The translations under genes were made by a program, and so were the position numbers. From an uncultured Clostridia bacterium (GTDB taxonomy: Bacteria > Bacillota > Clostridia > Christensenellales > DTU072), in contig CALVJA010000001.1 in assembly GCA_944331875.1 (NCBI GenBank), positions 161,836 through 225,835 of the forward strand: 64,000 nucleotides of DNA. Direction: 5' to 3'. Numbering within the stretch: the stretch's first letter is position 1; every line of letters begins with the position of its first letter. Below the pieces are notes generated by a model. That model saw only the letters and a list, made by a program, of their open reading frames with translations, was not told where the DNA came from and did not search any database. This document shows positions 19,202 to 28,566 of the stretch, in pieces.

Positions 19202-19279
19202 TCGGATCGTACAGCGACTTTTTACATAAGCGGGCCCCCGAGCGGGGGTCCGCCCGGGCGTCAGGAGCCCGCAGTCAAA

Positions 19280-19305
19280 GCCGCCTTAGGCGGCATTATT
19301 TTTTC
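19280..19305 (+). terminator. rho-independent terminator after the Cys-rich peptide gene
   Basis: GCCGCC-tta-GGCGGC followed by ATTATTTTTT. An additional GC-rich hairpin lies at 19231-19252. Confidence 0.7.
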
Positions 19306-19410
19306 GGATAGTTTTTTTGCCGCTCGGAGGCGGGCGGTAAGCTAAATTATACTTGCGTTATTTTTTATAAAGTAGTATTATATATTTACTTTTTGTACAT
19401 TGGAGAGAGT

Positions 19411-21630
19411 ATGATAAAGCTCTGTGAAGGTAAATTCCGTTACGTCGGCGGAGAATTCGTCCCCGCCGCGGGAGAGGAAGGGTTTGAAAAGACTATTGCG
19501 TATTCTATTTTGAAAGCGCATTCCGAAACCGCGCCCGCTCCCGGCAAAACTTTGCGCGTCAAGTTCGACGCATTGGCGTCGCACGACATCACATACGTCG
19601 GTATAATCCAGACGGCGCGCGCGATAGGGCTAAAGCGTTTCCCCGTCCCGTACGTGCTGACGAACTGCCACAACTCGCTTTGCGCGGTGGGCGGCACTAT
19701 AAACGAGGACGACCACGTCTACGGTCTGACCGCCGCTAAAAAATACGGCGGCATATACGTTCCCCCGCATTTTGCGGTGATACATACCTATATGCGCGAA
19801 AACTTCGCGGGATGCGGAAAGATGATATTGGGCTCCGATTCCCACACGCGCTACGGCGCGCTCGGCACTATGGCGATAGGCGAGGGCGGTCCCGAGCTCG
19901 TCAAGCAGATAATCGGCAAGACCTACGACGTCAAATATCCCGATATAATAGCGGTACGCCTGAAGGGCGCTCCCAAAAAGGGAGTAGGTCCCCAGGACGT
20001 CGCGATAGCGTTGATAGGAAAGGTTTTCCCGAACGGTTTCGTTAAAAACAAGGTGATGGAGTTCGTGGGCGAAGGGATACGCTCCCTTCCCGTCGAATAC
20101 CGCAACGGCATAGACGTCATGACCACGGAAACGACGTGCCTTAGCTCCGTTTGGGAGACCGACGACAAGGTAAAGGAATACCTTACCATGCACGGCAGAG
20201 GCGGCGATTACAAAAAACTTGCGCCCGGGGAAGGCGCGCTGTACGACGGATATATAGACGTCGATCTGAGCGGGATAGAGCCCATGATAGCTCTTCCCTT
20301 CCACCCCTCGAACGCTGTCAGACTGAAAGACCTCATCGCCGAGCCGTACGATATTTTACACGAAGCGGAATTGAAATGCAGGGAGCTCATCAAAAACGAT
20401 AAATTCTCCCTTACATCGAAAATAGACGAAAAGGGCAGGGTGTTAGTCGATCAGGCGGTGATCGCGGGCTGTGCCGGCGGCACTTACGACAATATATTCC
20501 TTGCCTCGAGGATCCTGAAAAACGGACATATCGGTACCAGGCTGAATATGAGCGTTTACTGCGGTTCGCAGCCGATATACGCAGACCTTGCCGGAAAAGG
20601 GGTGCTTGCCGATCTCACCGAAGCGGGCGCGGTCGTAAAAACTTCGTTCTGCGGACCCTGTTTCGGCGCGGGCGACGTGCCGCAGAACAACGGATTTTCG
20701 ATACGCCATACCACCAGAAACTTCGAAAACCGCGAGGGCTCCAAGCCAGGCGAGGGGCAGATAGCCTCCGTGGCGCTGATGGACGCGAGGAGCATTGCCG
20801 CGACCGCGGCGATGGGCGGCGTATTGACCGCGGCGACCGACGTCGATTTCGACGACGACATCCCGCCCGCCGATTATTCCGCGAAGGCTTACGAAAACCG
20901 CGTATACAACGGTTTCGGCAAGCCCGACGAAAACGCGGAACTGGTTTTGGGGCCCAATATCTCCGATATACCCGCTATGCCCGAGCTCGGTAAAAACCTG
21001 ATAATGCGCATGGCGGCGGTCATAGACGATCCCGTGACTACGACGGACGAACTGATACCCTCCGGGGAGACCAGCTCTTACCGCTCCAATCCGTTAAGGC
21101 TTGCGGAATTCGCGCTCTCCAGGAAGGTGCCCGAATACGTTTCGCGCGCGAAGGAGATAAAAAAAGCGGAGGACGCCGTGGCTTCGGGAAGCGTTCCCGC
21201 AGGCTACGAAAAGGCGATGGAGATCCTGGGCGCGACGGTATCCGATACCGAGATAGGCTCCGTGATATTTGCGGTAAAGCCCGGCGACGGCAGCGCGAGG
21301 GAGCAGGCGGCAAGCTCGCAGAGGGTACTCGGAGGCATAGCCAATATCGCGAACGAATACGCGACGAAACGCTACCGCTCCAACCTCATCAATTGGGGCA
21401 TGATTCCGTTCAGGTACGCGGGAGATCCGTCCGATTTCGAAACGGGCGACCTTATACTGATACATGACCCCGCCGCGGCGCTTGAAAAGGGATATACCGA
21501 AGCGACCGTTTTGAGAGGAGACAAGACATTTACTATCACGCTCACCGTCGATCCGTTGAGCGAAGAGGAACAAAAGATAATTAAGGCGGGCTGCCTCATA
21601 AACTACAACCGCCTCGGCTTAAGGAGGTAA
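19411..21630 (+). CDS. aconitase-family hydratase (aconitate hydratase-like)
   Basis: About 739 aa. Fe-S ligand blocks GSDSHT and CGPCFG, and a C-terminal swivel-domain block [11 protein letters not shown]. Start moved to the ATG at 19411 after GGAGAG; the track ORF begins at a TTG at 19393. Confidence 0.7.
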   Translation: MIKLCEGKFRYVGGEFVPAAGEEGFEKTIAYSILKAHSETAPAPGKTLRVKFDALASHDITYVGIIQTARAIGLKRFPVPYVLTNCHNSLCAVGGTINEDDHVYGLTAAKKYGGIYVPPHFAVIHTYMRENFAGCGKMILGSDSHTRYGALGTMAIGEGGPELVKQIIGKTYDVKYPDIIAVRLKGAPKKGVGPQDVAIALIGKVFPNGFVKNKVMEFVGEGIRSLPVEYRNGIDVMTTETTCLSSVWETDDKVKEYLTMHGRGGDYKKLAPGEGALYDGYIDVDLSGIEPMIALPFHPSNAVRLKDLIAEPYDILHEAELKCRELIKNDKFSLTSKIDEKGRVLVDQAVIAGCAGGTYDNIFLASRILKNGHIGTRLNMSVYCGSQPIYADLAGKGVLADLTEAGAVVKTSFCGPCFGAGDVPQNNGFSIRHTTRNFENREGSKPGEGQIASVALMDARSIAATAAMGGVLTAATDVDFDDDIPPADYSAKAYENRVYNGFGKPDENAELVLGPNISDIPAMPELGKNLIMRMAAVIDDPVTTTDELIPSGETSSYRSNPLRLAEFALSRKVPEYVSRAKEIKKAEDAVASGSVPAGYEKAMEILGATVSDTEIGSVIFAVKPGDGSAREQAASSQRVLGGIANIANEYATKRYRSNLINWGMIPFRYAGDPSDFETGDLILIHDPAAALEKGYTEATVLRGDKTFTITLTVDPLSEEEQKIIKAGCLINYNRLGLRR

Positions 21631-21636
21631 GACGAA

Positions 21637-22935
21637 ATGATATTCGATCCCAATTACGAATGTATGCCCGCGGACGAAATGCGCGCGCTGCAGCTGGAAC
21701 GCCTGCAAAAGATCGTCGCGTACGCATATGAGCGCGTGCCTTTTTACAGAAAAAAATACGACGAGGCAGGAGTCAAACCGAGCGATATAAAGACTTTGGA
21801 CGACATCAGGAAACTTCCCTTCACCGTAAAGACGGACCTGAGGGACAACTACCCTTACGGACTTTTGGCGGTAGATAAAAAGGAATTGAAACGTATCCAC
21901 GCCTCCTCCGGTACCTCGGGAAAGCCGACGGTAGTGTGCTACACCGAAAAGGACATGGATATTTGGTCGGACTGCTGCGCGCGCCTTGCCGCGGCAGCGG
22001 GCGTGAACGGCGACGACATCGTCCAGGTATCCTTCGGTTACGGGCTGTTCACCGGCGCTCTCGGGATGCACCAGGGCTGTGAAAAACTGGGCGCCGCGAT
22101 AATCCCCGCCTCCAGCGGCAACACCGAGCGGCAGGTGATGTTATTGAAAGACCTCGAGGCCACCGTCTTGGTATGCACGCCGTCGTACGCGCTGTATATA
22201 GGCGAGATAATGGAGAAGATGGGTTATTCTCCGAAAGACTTAAAACTCAGGATCGGGCTGTTCGGTTCCGAAGCTTCCACCGACGAAATGCACCGCGAGA
22301 TCGCAAAAAAACTGGGTATATTCACCAACGACAACTACGGGCTGTCGGAACTCATAGGTCCCGGCGTGAGCGGAGAATGCACCGAAAAGTGCGGTATGCA
22401 CATAAACGAAGACCATTTTTACCCCGAAGTTTTGGATCCCGAGACTTTCGAACCCGTCCCGGACGGCGAATACGGCGAACTCGTTTTGACGTCGCTGACC
22501 AAAGAGGGTATGCCCGTCATCCGCTACAGAACGAAGGACATCACCGCGCTCGACCACACCCCCTGCAAATGCGGCAGGACCACCGCGCGTATGGCAAAGC
22601 TAAGGGGAAGAACGGACGATATGCTGATAATCCGCGGCGTAAACGTCTTCCCGTCACAAATTGAGGGCGTTCTGATGAACATGCCCGAGGTGGGCGGACA
22701 GTACGAGATAATCGTCACGCGCGAAGGGTATATGGACAAGTTGGAAGTGAGAGTGGAAGTCGCGGACGGGGGGTATCTGACCGATTTCAACAAACTCGAG
22801 GAGCTTCGCGCGAAGATAAAACACAATCTGAGGACGGTATTGCAGCTGGACGCGGCGGTAAAGCTCGTCGAACCGCTGTCGCTGAAGCGCTACGAGGGAA
22901 AATCCAAGCGCGTCACGGATCTCAGAAAGCTTTGA
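21637..22935 (+). CDS. paaK: phenylacetate--CoA ligase family protein (PaaK-like aryl-acetate CoA ligase), paralog 1
   Basis: 432 aa. The N-terminal LQLERLQKIVAYAYERVPFYRKKYDEAG, the LPFTVKTDLRDNYP block and the AMP-binding SSGTSGKPT are all typical of PaaK. Confidence 0.85.
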   Translation: MIFDPNYECMPADEMRALQLERLQKIVAYAYERVPFYRKKYDEAGVKPSDIKTLDDIRKLPFTVKTDLRDNYPYGLLAVDKKELKRIHASSGTSGKPTVVCYTEKDMDIWSDCCARLAAAAGVNGDDIVQVSFGYGLFTGALGMHQGCEKLGAAIIPASSGNTERQVMLLKDLEATVLVCTPSYALYIGEIMEKMGYSPKDLKLRIGLFGSEASTDEMHREIAKKLGIFTNDNYGLSELIGPGVSGECTEKCGMHINEDHFYPEVLDPETFEPVPDGEYGELVLTSLTKEGMPVIRYRTKDITALDHTPCKCGRTTARMAKLRGRTDDMLIIRGVNVFPSQIEGVLMNMPEVGGQYEIIVTREGYMDKLEVRVEVADGGYLTDFNKLEELRAKIKHNLRTVLQLDAAVKLVEPLSLKRYEGKSKRVTDLRKL

Positions 22936-22968
22936 TACGATAAAAAATACGACATAAAGGAATAAAAA

Positions 22969-24681
22969 ATGAAAAAACTGATGCTGACAAACGAAGCGGT
23001 AGCGCGCGGCGCATGGGAAGCGGGAGTCAAAGTAGTTTCCTCGTATCCCGGCACGCCCTCTACCGAGATCACGGAGTTCTGCGCGGGCTACCCCGAGATG
23101 TACGTCGAGTGGGCGCCTAACGAAAAAGTATCCGCCGAAGTGGCAATAGGCGCCGCCGCGGCGGGCGTAAGATCTATGTGCTGCATGAAGCACGTCGGCG
23201 TAAACGTCGCCGCCGATCCGCTGTTCACCGCGGCGTATACCGGAGTCAACGGCGGAATGGTGCTCGTCGTCGCGGACGATCCCGCCATGCATTCGTCGCA
23301 GAACGAACAGGATTCGAGGTTCTACGCGCGTTCCGCGCACGTGCCGATGCTGGAGCCGGCGGACAGCGCGGAGGCGAAGGAGTATCTGAAGCGCGCCTTC
23401 GATCTGTCCGAGGAGTACGACACGCCCGTAATGCTCAGGCTGACGACGCGCTCCGCGCATTCGCAAAGTTATGTGGAATTGGCGGACAGAGTAGAACGGG
23501 AACCCAAACCCTTTGTAAAGGATATCAAAAAGTGGGTAATGATGCCCGCCGCCGCTAGAGGCAGACATCTTGTCGTAGAAAAGAGGGAGAGGGAACTGAA
23601 AGACAAAGAGCTTCCCGAATTCTATAAAATAGAGCGCCGCTCCGATAAAACGGGGATAGTCACTCTTGGCGCCGTATATCAATATGTAAAGGAAGCGACG
23701 GACGCGTCCGTGTTCAAAGTCGGAATGGTGTATCCGCTTCCCGTGGAGGCGATAAGGCGCTTTGCGGAAACGGTCGATGAACTCATCGTCTGCGAAGAGC
23801 TGGAGCCTTTCATCGAAAACCAGCTGAAAGCTGCCGGTATCGAATGCCGCGGCAAGGATATATTCGGACTGCAGGGCGAATTTTCGCCCGCGTTCATCCG
23901 CGAAAAACTGTACGGAATAAAAGCGCCCGCTCCCGTTTCAGACGTCCCGGGACGTCCCCCGGTGATGTGCGCGGGCTGCCCGCACAGGGGTGTGTTCTAT
24001 GTTCTGAACAAATTGAAACTCAACGTCTGCGGCGACATAGGCTGCTATACTCTCGGCGCAAATCCGCCGCTAAGCGCGGTCGATATATGCGTTTGCATGG
24101 GCGCGAGCGTCGGGATGGCGCACGGCTTTGACAAGGCGGATTCGCCCCTGAAGCGTAAAACCGTCGCGGTGATAGGCGATTCGACGTTCATCCACAGCGG
24201 TATTACCAACATAATAAACGCCGTGTACAACAAGGGCACCTCGACTACGATAATACTCGATAACTCCATAACCGGTATGACCGGGCATCAGGACAATCCC
24301 TCGACGGGAAAACGCATCACCGGCGAGGCGACGGCGAAGCTCGATCTCGAAAAGCTGTGCGAGGCTATCGGCGTTCAGTCCGTGCGCGTCGTGGACGCAT
24401 ACGATCTGGAGGCGGTCGAAAAGGTCGTAAGAGAGGAAACGGCGCGCGAAGCGGTCAGCGTCATCATCGCCCGCCGTCCCTGCGCGCTTTTGACCAAATC
24501 TTATCCGCCCGCTTACTCCATAGACCCCGACAAGTGCGTAAAATGCCGTGCATGCCTCAGGATAGGCTGCCCCGCCATAGAGTTCATCGGCGGCAAGGTG
24601 AGGATAAACAAGGAGCTCTGCGTGGGCTGCGGCGTCTGCAAAGGACTGTGCCGTTTCGGCGCGATAAAGGAGGGCAGATAA
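22969..24681 (+). CDS. iorA: indolepyruvate:ferredoxin oxidoreductase subunit alpha
   Basis: 570 aa. TPP-binding GDSTFIHSG and two C-terminal ferredoxin motifs (CVKCRACLRIGCP, CVGCGVCKGLC). Followed directly by iorB. Confidence 0.88.
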   Translation: MKKLMLTNEAVARGAWEAGVKVVSSYPGTPSTEITEFCAGYPEMYVEWAPNEKVSAEVAIGAAAAGVRSMCCMKHVGVNVAADPLFTAAYTGVNGGMVLVVADDPAMHSSQNEQDSRFYARSAHVPMLEPADSAEAKEYLKRAFDLSEEYDTPVMLRLTTRSAHSQSYVELADRVEREPKPFVKDIKKWVMMPAAARGRHLVVEKRERELKDKELPEFYKIERRSDKTGIVTLGAVYQYVKEATDASVFKVGMVYPLPVEAIRRFAETVDELIVCEELEPFIENQLKAAGIECRGKDIFGLQGEFSPAFIREKLYGIKAPAPVSDVPGRPPVMCAGCPHRGVFYVLNKLKLNVCGDIGCYTLGANPPLSAVDICVCMGASVGMAHGFDKADSPLKRKTVAVIGDSTFIHSGITNIINAVYNKGTSTTIILDNSITGMTGHQDNPSTGKRITGEATAKLDLEKLCEAIGVQSVRVVDAYDLEAVEKVVREETAREAVSVIIARRPCALLTKSYPPAYSIDPDKCVKCRACLRIGCPAIEFIGGKVRINKELCVGCGVCKGLCRFGAIKEGR

Positions 24682-25260
24682 ATGGTCGACATGAACGTAT
24701 TGATAGTAGGCGTGGGCGGTCAGGGAACGCTGCTTGCGAGCCGCGTGCTCGGCGCGTGGGCGGATATCGCGGGTAAAGACTGCAAACTGAGCGAAGTGCA
24801 CGGTATGTCGCAGCGCGGCGGTTCCGTGGTGACGCACGTCAGGATAGGCTCCGATATCGCCGCTCCCATCGTAAGCCCCGGCGAAGCGGATTTCGTGATG
24901 GCTTTCGAAAAGCTGGAGGCACTGCGTTTCGCATATTACTTAAAACCCGAGGGAACTATCCTCATAAACGATCAGGAGATAATGCCGATGCCCGTCATAA
25001 CGGGCGCCGCGGAATACCCCGAAGATATATACGGGCGGCTCGCGGCGGACGGCAAAAAATACATATCGGTACCCGCGTTGGAGCTTGCAGAAACGGCGGG
25101 CACATCGAAAGCGGTGAACACGGTATTGATAGGCGCGCTCGCGAAAATCACCGGGGAAGAGCTCGAAACCGTCGAAGAGGCGCTGAAACGCACGGTAAAA
25201 CCCAAGCTTCTGGATGTAAATCTCGCCGCACTGAAAGCGGGATACGATTTCATAAAATAG
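24682..25260 (+). CDS. iorB: indolepyruvate:ferredoxin oxidoreductase subunit beta
   Basis: 192 aa. N-terminal GVGGQGTLLASRVLG (pyruvate/ketoisovalerate oxidoreductase gamma-type domain). Starts 1 nt after the iorA stop. Confidence 0.85.
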   Translation: MVDMNVLIVGVGGQGTLLASRVLGAWADIAGKDCKLSEVHGMSQRGGSVVTHVRIGSDIAAPIVSPGEADFVMAFEKLEALRFAYYLKPEGTILINDQEIMPMPVITGAAEYPEDIYGRLAADGKKYISVPALELAETAGTSKAVNTVLIGALAKITGEELETVEEALKRTVKPKLLDVNLAALKAGYDFIK

Positions 25261-25282
25261 TCAAAATACGGAGGACATCGTT

Positions 25283-26584
25283 ATGCAGTATTTCAACGAA
25301 CGCGCGGAGAGGATGTCGAAAGACGAAAAACACGCTCTCCAGTCGGAGCGGCTCAAAAAAGTCGTAAAGCTGGCATTCGATTCGTGCAAACCTTACAGGG
25401 CGAAAATGGACGCCGCTGGCGTTACCCCGGACGACATCAAATCCATCGACGACATCGTAAAACTGCCTTTTACCACGAAGCAGGATATGCGCGACAACTA
25501 TCCTTTCGGGATGTTCTCCGCGCCGATGGACGACATCGTCAGGATACACGCGTCGTCGGGCACCACGGGAAAACTTACCGTCGCGGGAAGCACCCAACAC
25601 GACCTTGACGACTGGACGGAGGCTGTGGCGCGCGGCATGGTATCCGCGGGCGTTACCAAAAAATCCGTCGTCCACGTCGCATACGGCTACGGACTGTTCA
25701 CGGGAGGACTCGGCGCGCACGACGGCGCAACGCTCATCGGCGCCGCCGTTGTTCCCGCATCCGCAGGGAATACCGCAAGGCAGCTTATGCTTATAAAGGA
25801 TTTCAAAGCGGACACGCTATGCTGCACTCCGTCGTATGCGGTATACCTTGCCGACGAGTTCAAAAAGGCGGGTATCCCCGTAAGCGATCTGAGCCTAAAG
25901 CAGGGATTTTTCGGGGCGGAGCCGTGGAGCGAGGAGATGCGCGTGAAGATCGAGGAAGGCTTGGGTCTGAAAGCGCACGACATCTACGGACTAAGCGAGA
26001 TATCCGGTCCCGGCGTCGCCTGCGAATGCTCTTATCAGGCGGGTCCCCATGTGCAGGACGACCTGTTCTACCCGGAGATAATCGATCCGAACACTCTCGA
26101 ACGGGTCCCCGACGGTGAGCGCGGCGAACTGGTGTTCACTACGATCAACAAAACGGGAATGCCTTTGATACGTTACAGGACGCGCGACATCTGCTCGATA
26201 ATATCCGAGCCGTGCAAGTGCGGCAGGACCACCGTCAGGCTCGGCAGGATCACCGGGAGAACCGACGACATGCTGATAATCCGCGGAGTGAACGTCTTCC
26301 CGTCGCAGATAGAAAGCGTGCTTATAAAGGATAAGCGCATAAGCCCCCATTACCACATCACCATCGACAGGATAAACAACCTAGACGTGATGATGATAGA
26401 AGTGGAGCTGCAGCGCGACATCGCTTTCGACGAGATACAGGCGATAGAAGCGATGCAGAAAAAACTCACCGCCGACATCGCGTCCGCGATAGGCGTCAGC
26501 GCAAAGGTAAAACTCGTACAGTGCGGCACCGTTCCGAGGTCGGAAGGCAAAGCCGTATTCGTCACCGACAACAGAAAGATCTGA
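25283..26584 (+). CDS. paaK: phenylacetate--CoA ligase family protein, paralog 2
   Basis: 433 aa, same block structure as paralog 1 (LPFTTKQDMRDNYP, SSGTTGKLT). Roughly half the residues are identical by eye. Confidence 0.85.
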   Translation: MQYFNERAERMSKDEKHALQSERLKKVVKLAFDSCKPYRAKMDAAGVTPDDIKSIDDIVKLPFTTKQDMRDNYPFGMFSAPMDDIVRIHASSGTTGKLTVAGSTQHDLDDWTEAVARGMVSAGVTKKSVVHVAYGYGLFTGGLGAHDGATLIGAAVVPASAGNTARQLMLIKDFKADTLCCTPSYAVYLADEFKKAGIPVSDLSLKQGFFGAEPWSEEMRVKIEEGLGLKAHDIYGLSEISGPGVACECSYQAGPHVQDDLFYPEIIDPNTLERVPDGERGELVFTTINKTGMPLIRYRTRDICSIISEPCKCGRTTVRLGRITGRTDDMLIIRGVNVFPSQIESVLIKDKRISPHYHITIDRINNLDVMMIEVELQRDIAFDEIQAIEAMQKKLTADIASAIGVSAKVKLVQCGTVPRSEGKAVFVTDNRKI

Positions 26585-26597
26585 AAGGAGGACCGAT

Positions 26598-27020
26598 ATG
26601 TTGGTAAATCAGATTGCTGTGTTTTTGGAAAACAGAAAGGGCAGGATATGCGAATTTTCCGGCGTTTTGAAGGACGCGGGGATCAATATCCAGGCAATGA
26701 GCATCGCCGATACGATGGAGTACGGCATTCTCCGCGCCATCACCGACGACAACGCGAAAGCGATAGAGGTGCTGCGTAGAAACGGATTCAACGTCGCCTC
26801 CACCGACCTTGTCGGATTCAAAGTGGACGACAAGCCGGGCGAGATGTACAAAGTGCTTCAGATACTGGATGAACACAAAATTAATATAGCGTATCTTTAT
26901 TCGTTCGCGAGGGCGGGCGCCGCGAAGTCGGTAATACTCCTAAAAGTGGACGACAACGACGAAACGATGCGCATACTCGAGGAAAACGGAATAAATCTTA
27001 TCGACGACAATATCCTATAA
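26598..27020 (+). CDS. ACT domain-containing protein
   Basis: 140 aa. The N-terminal MLVNQIAVFLENRKGRICEF pattern (beta-alpha-beta ACT fold start) appears twice. This small ACT protein commonly follows ior/paaK clusters. Confidence 0.7.
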   Translation: MLVNQIAVFLENRKGRICEFSGVLKDAGINIQAMSIADTMEYGILRAITDDNAKAIEVLRRNGFNVASTDLVGFKVDDKPGEMYKVLQILDEHKINIAYLYSFARAGAAKSVILLKVDDNDETMRILEENGINLIDDNIL

Positions 27021-27032
27021 CAGGAAGTCGCC

Positions 27033-28085
27033 ATAGGAATAACGATCACGACGGATCTCAACAGGATCCTCAAAAATCTGAACGACGTCCGCGCCGCGAT
27101 AGGCGGCGCGGCGCTGACCTTTATGGTCAAAGCGGACGCGTATAACCACGGAGTACGCGAGGTGGCGCGCGCGACCGAGTCCGTTATAGACCGCTTCGGC
27201 GTCGCGACCATCGCGGAAGGACTGGAGCTAAGGCGCGCCGGCATCACCGCGCCCGTCACCGTGTATTCGCCCGCGCCCCGGGATATCCCGGGGATAGCGG
27301 AAAACGGTTTCGTTCCCGTCGTTCATTCGGCGGAAACGCTCCGCGCCGCATGCTCTTCCCGCGCGAAGGTCGCGGATGTAAAACTGGATACGGGCATGCA
27401 CCGAATGGGCTTTCAGACGGCGGGCGAGACTCGGGAAGCGGCAGAGGCTCTAAAGCGCGCAGGAGTCAAGGCGCGCTCCGTTATAACGCATTTCGCGTCC
27501 CCCGGCACCGAAAAGGAGCAGTACGCGAGATACCGTTTTCTGAAGGACGTCTTCGACTCCGGATACGGCGCCGTATGCGCCGCGGAGACCTCGGCTTCGG
27601 ACGGGACGGCGGACGGATATATATTGGACGGCGTGCGCATAGGGCGCGCGGCATACGACGGGGCGATGAGGGTGACCGGGAGAGTAATATCCGTTAAAAA
27701 CGTGCGGCGCGGCGAGAAAGTGGGATATAACGGAAGTTACACCGCTCCCGAGGACACGCGACTCGCGGTAGTGTCGGGGGGATACGCGGACGGCGTGCGC
27801 CGCGACTATGCGGGCGCCGTGGTGACGGCGTGCGGCTCGGCGATGACGATAGCCGCGGTTTGTATGGACGTGTTCATGGCTTCGGGCGCCCCCTTAAATC
27901 TCGTCCCGGGCGACGAAACGGAAGTCTTTTCAGCCGCGAACAGGGACTCGCTTATCGCGGTCTCACACGCAAATATATACGAAATATATACCTCGTTCAA
28001 GGGCAGAACGGAAAGGAAATACATATACGAAAATGAAATCGAATCTTCGCCGAAAGATAATTTCGCTCCTGAAAACCGATTTTGA
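27033..28085 (+). CDS. alr: alanine racemase (start codon uncertain; conserved N-terminus precedes the first ATG)
   Basis: PLP-lysine motif MVKADAYNHG. The first ATG is 27123, but the in-frame upstream codons encode ...GITITTDLNRILKNLNDVRAAIGGAALTF, which matches the conserved Alr N-terminus. There is no ATG/GTG/TTG between the TAA at 27018 and 27123. The ATA at 27033 follows AGGAAG (27022-27027) by 5 nt. Confidence 0.6.
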   Translation: MGITITTDLNRILKNLNDVRAAIGGAALTFMVKADAYNHGVREVARATESVIDRFGVATIAEGLELRRAGITAPVTVYSPAPRDIPGIAENGFVPVVHSAETLRAACSSRAKVADVKLDTGMHRMGFQTAGETREAAEALKRAGVKARSVITHFASPGTEKEQYARYRFLKDVFDSGYGAVCAAETSASDGTADGYILDGVRIGRAAYDGAMRVTGRVISVKNVRRGEKVGYNGSYTAPEDTRLAVVSGGYADGVRRDYAGAVVTACGSAMTIAAVCMDVFMASGAPLNLVPGDETEVFSAANRDSLIAVSHANIYEIYTSFKGRTERKYIYENEIESSPKDNFAPENRF

Positions 28086-28566
28086 CAAAAAGGGCGCTTC
28101 CGACCGAATAACCGCGTTTGCGGTATCCGAAGCCGCGTTTAAGGATGCCGGAAACATATTTGTTTTTCTCTCGACCGAAAACGAACCCGACACGTCCGGG
28201 ATAATAAAGGAAGCAGTGAAAGCGGGGAAAAAAGTCTTCGTGCCCGTCGTGAGAGGGGATGAAATGCTGGTGTCGGAATACGTTCCGGGCGACGTCCTCA
28301 CCGCGGGCGCGTTCGGGATACGCGAGCCGTCCGGACCCATCGTGAGCGATGTAAAGCCCGACGTGACCTTCGTCCCGCTCGTCGCGTTCGACAAGCATTT
28401 GAACCGCTTGGGTCACGGCAAAGGTTTTTACGACAGATACTTCTCCCGCGTTCAAACCGAAAAGATAGCGCTCGCGTTTTCGTTGCAGCGTGCGGACGAG
28501 GTGCCGCACGATACGCACGACATACCGATGGACGCGGTGATAACCGAGGAGGGCGTTTTCAGATGA
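28033..28566 (+). CDS. 5-formyltetrahydrofolate cyclo-ligase
   Basis: 177 aa with the family block FVPLVAFDKHLNRLGHGKGFYDRYF. Overlaps the alr 3-prime end by 53 nt. Confidence 0.8.
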   Translation: MKSNLRRKIISLLKTDFDKKGASDRITAFAVSEAAFKDAGNIFVFLSTENEPDTSGIIKEAVKAGKKVFVPVVRGDEMLVSEYVPGDVLTAGAFGIREPSGPIVSDVKPDVTFVPLVAFDKHLNRLGHGKGFYDRYFSRVQTEKIALAFSLQRADEVPHDTHDIPMDAVITEEGVFR

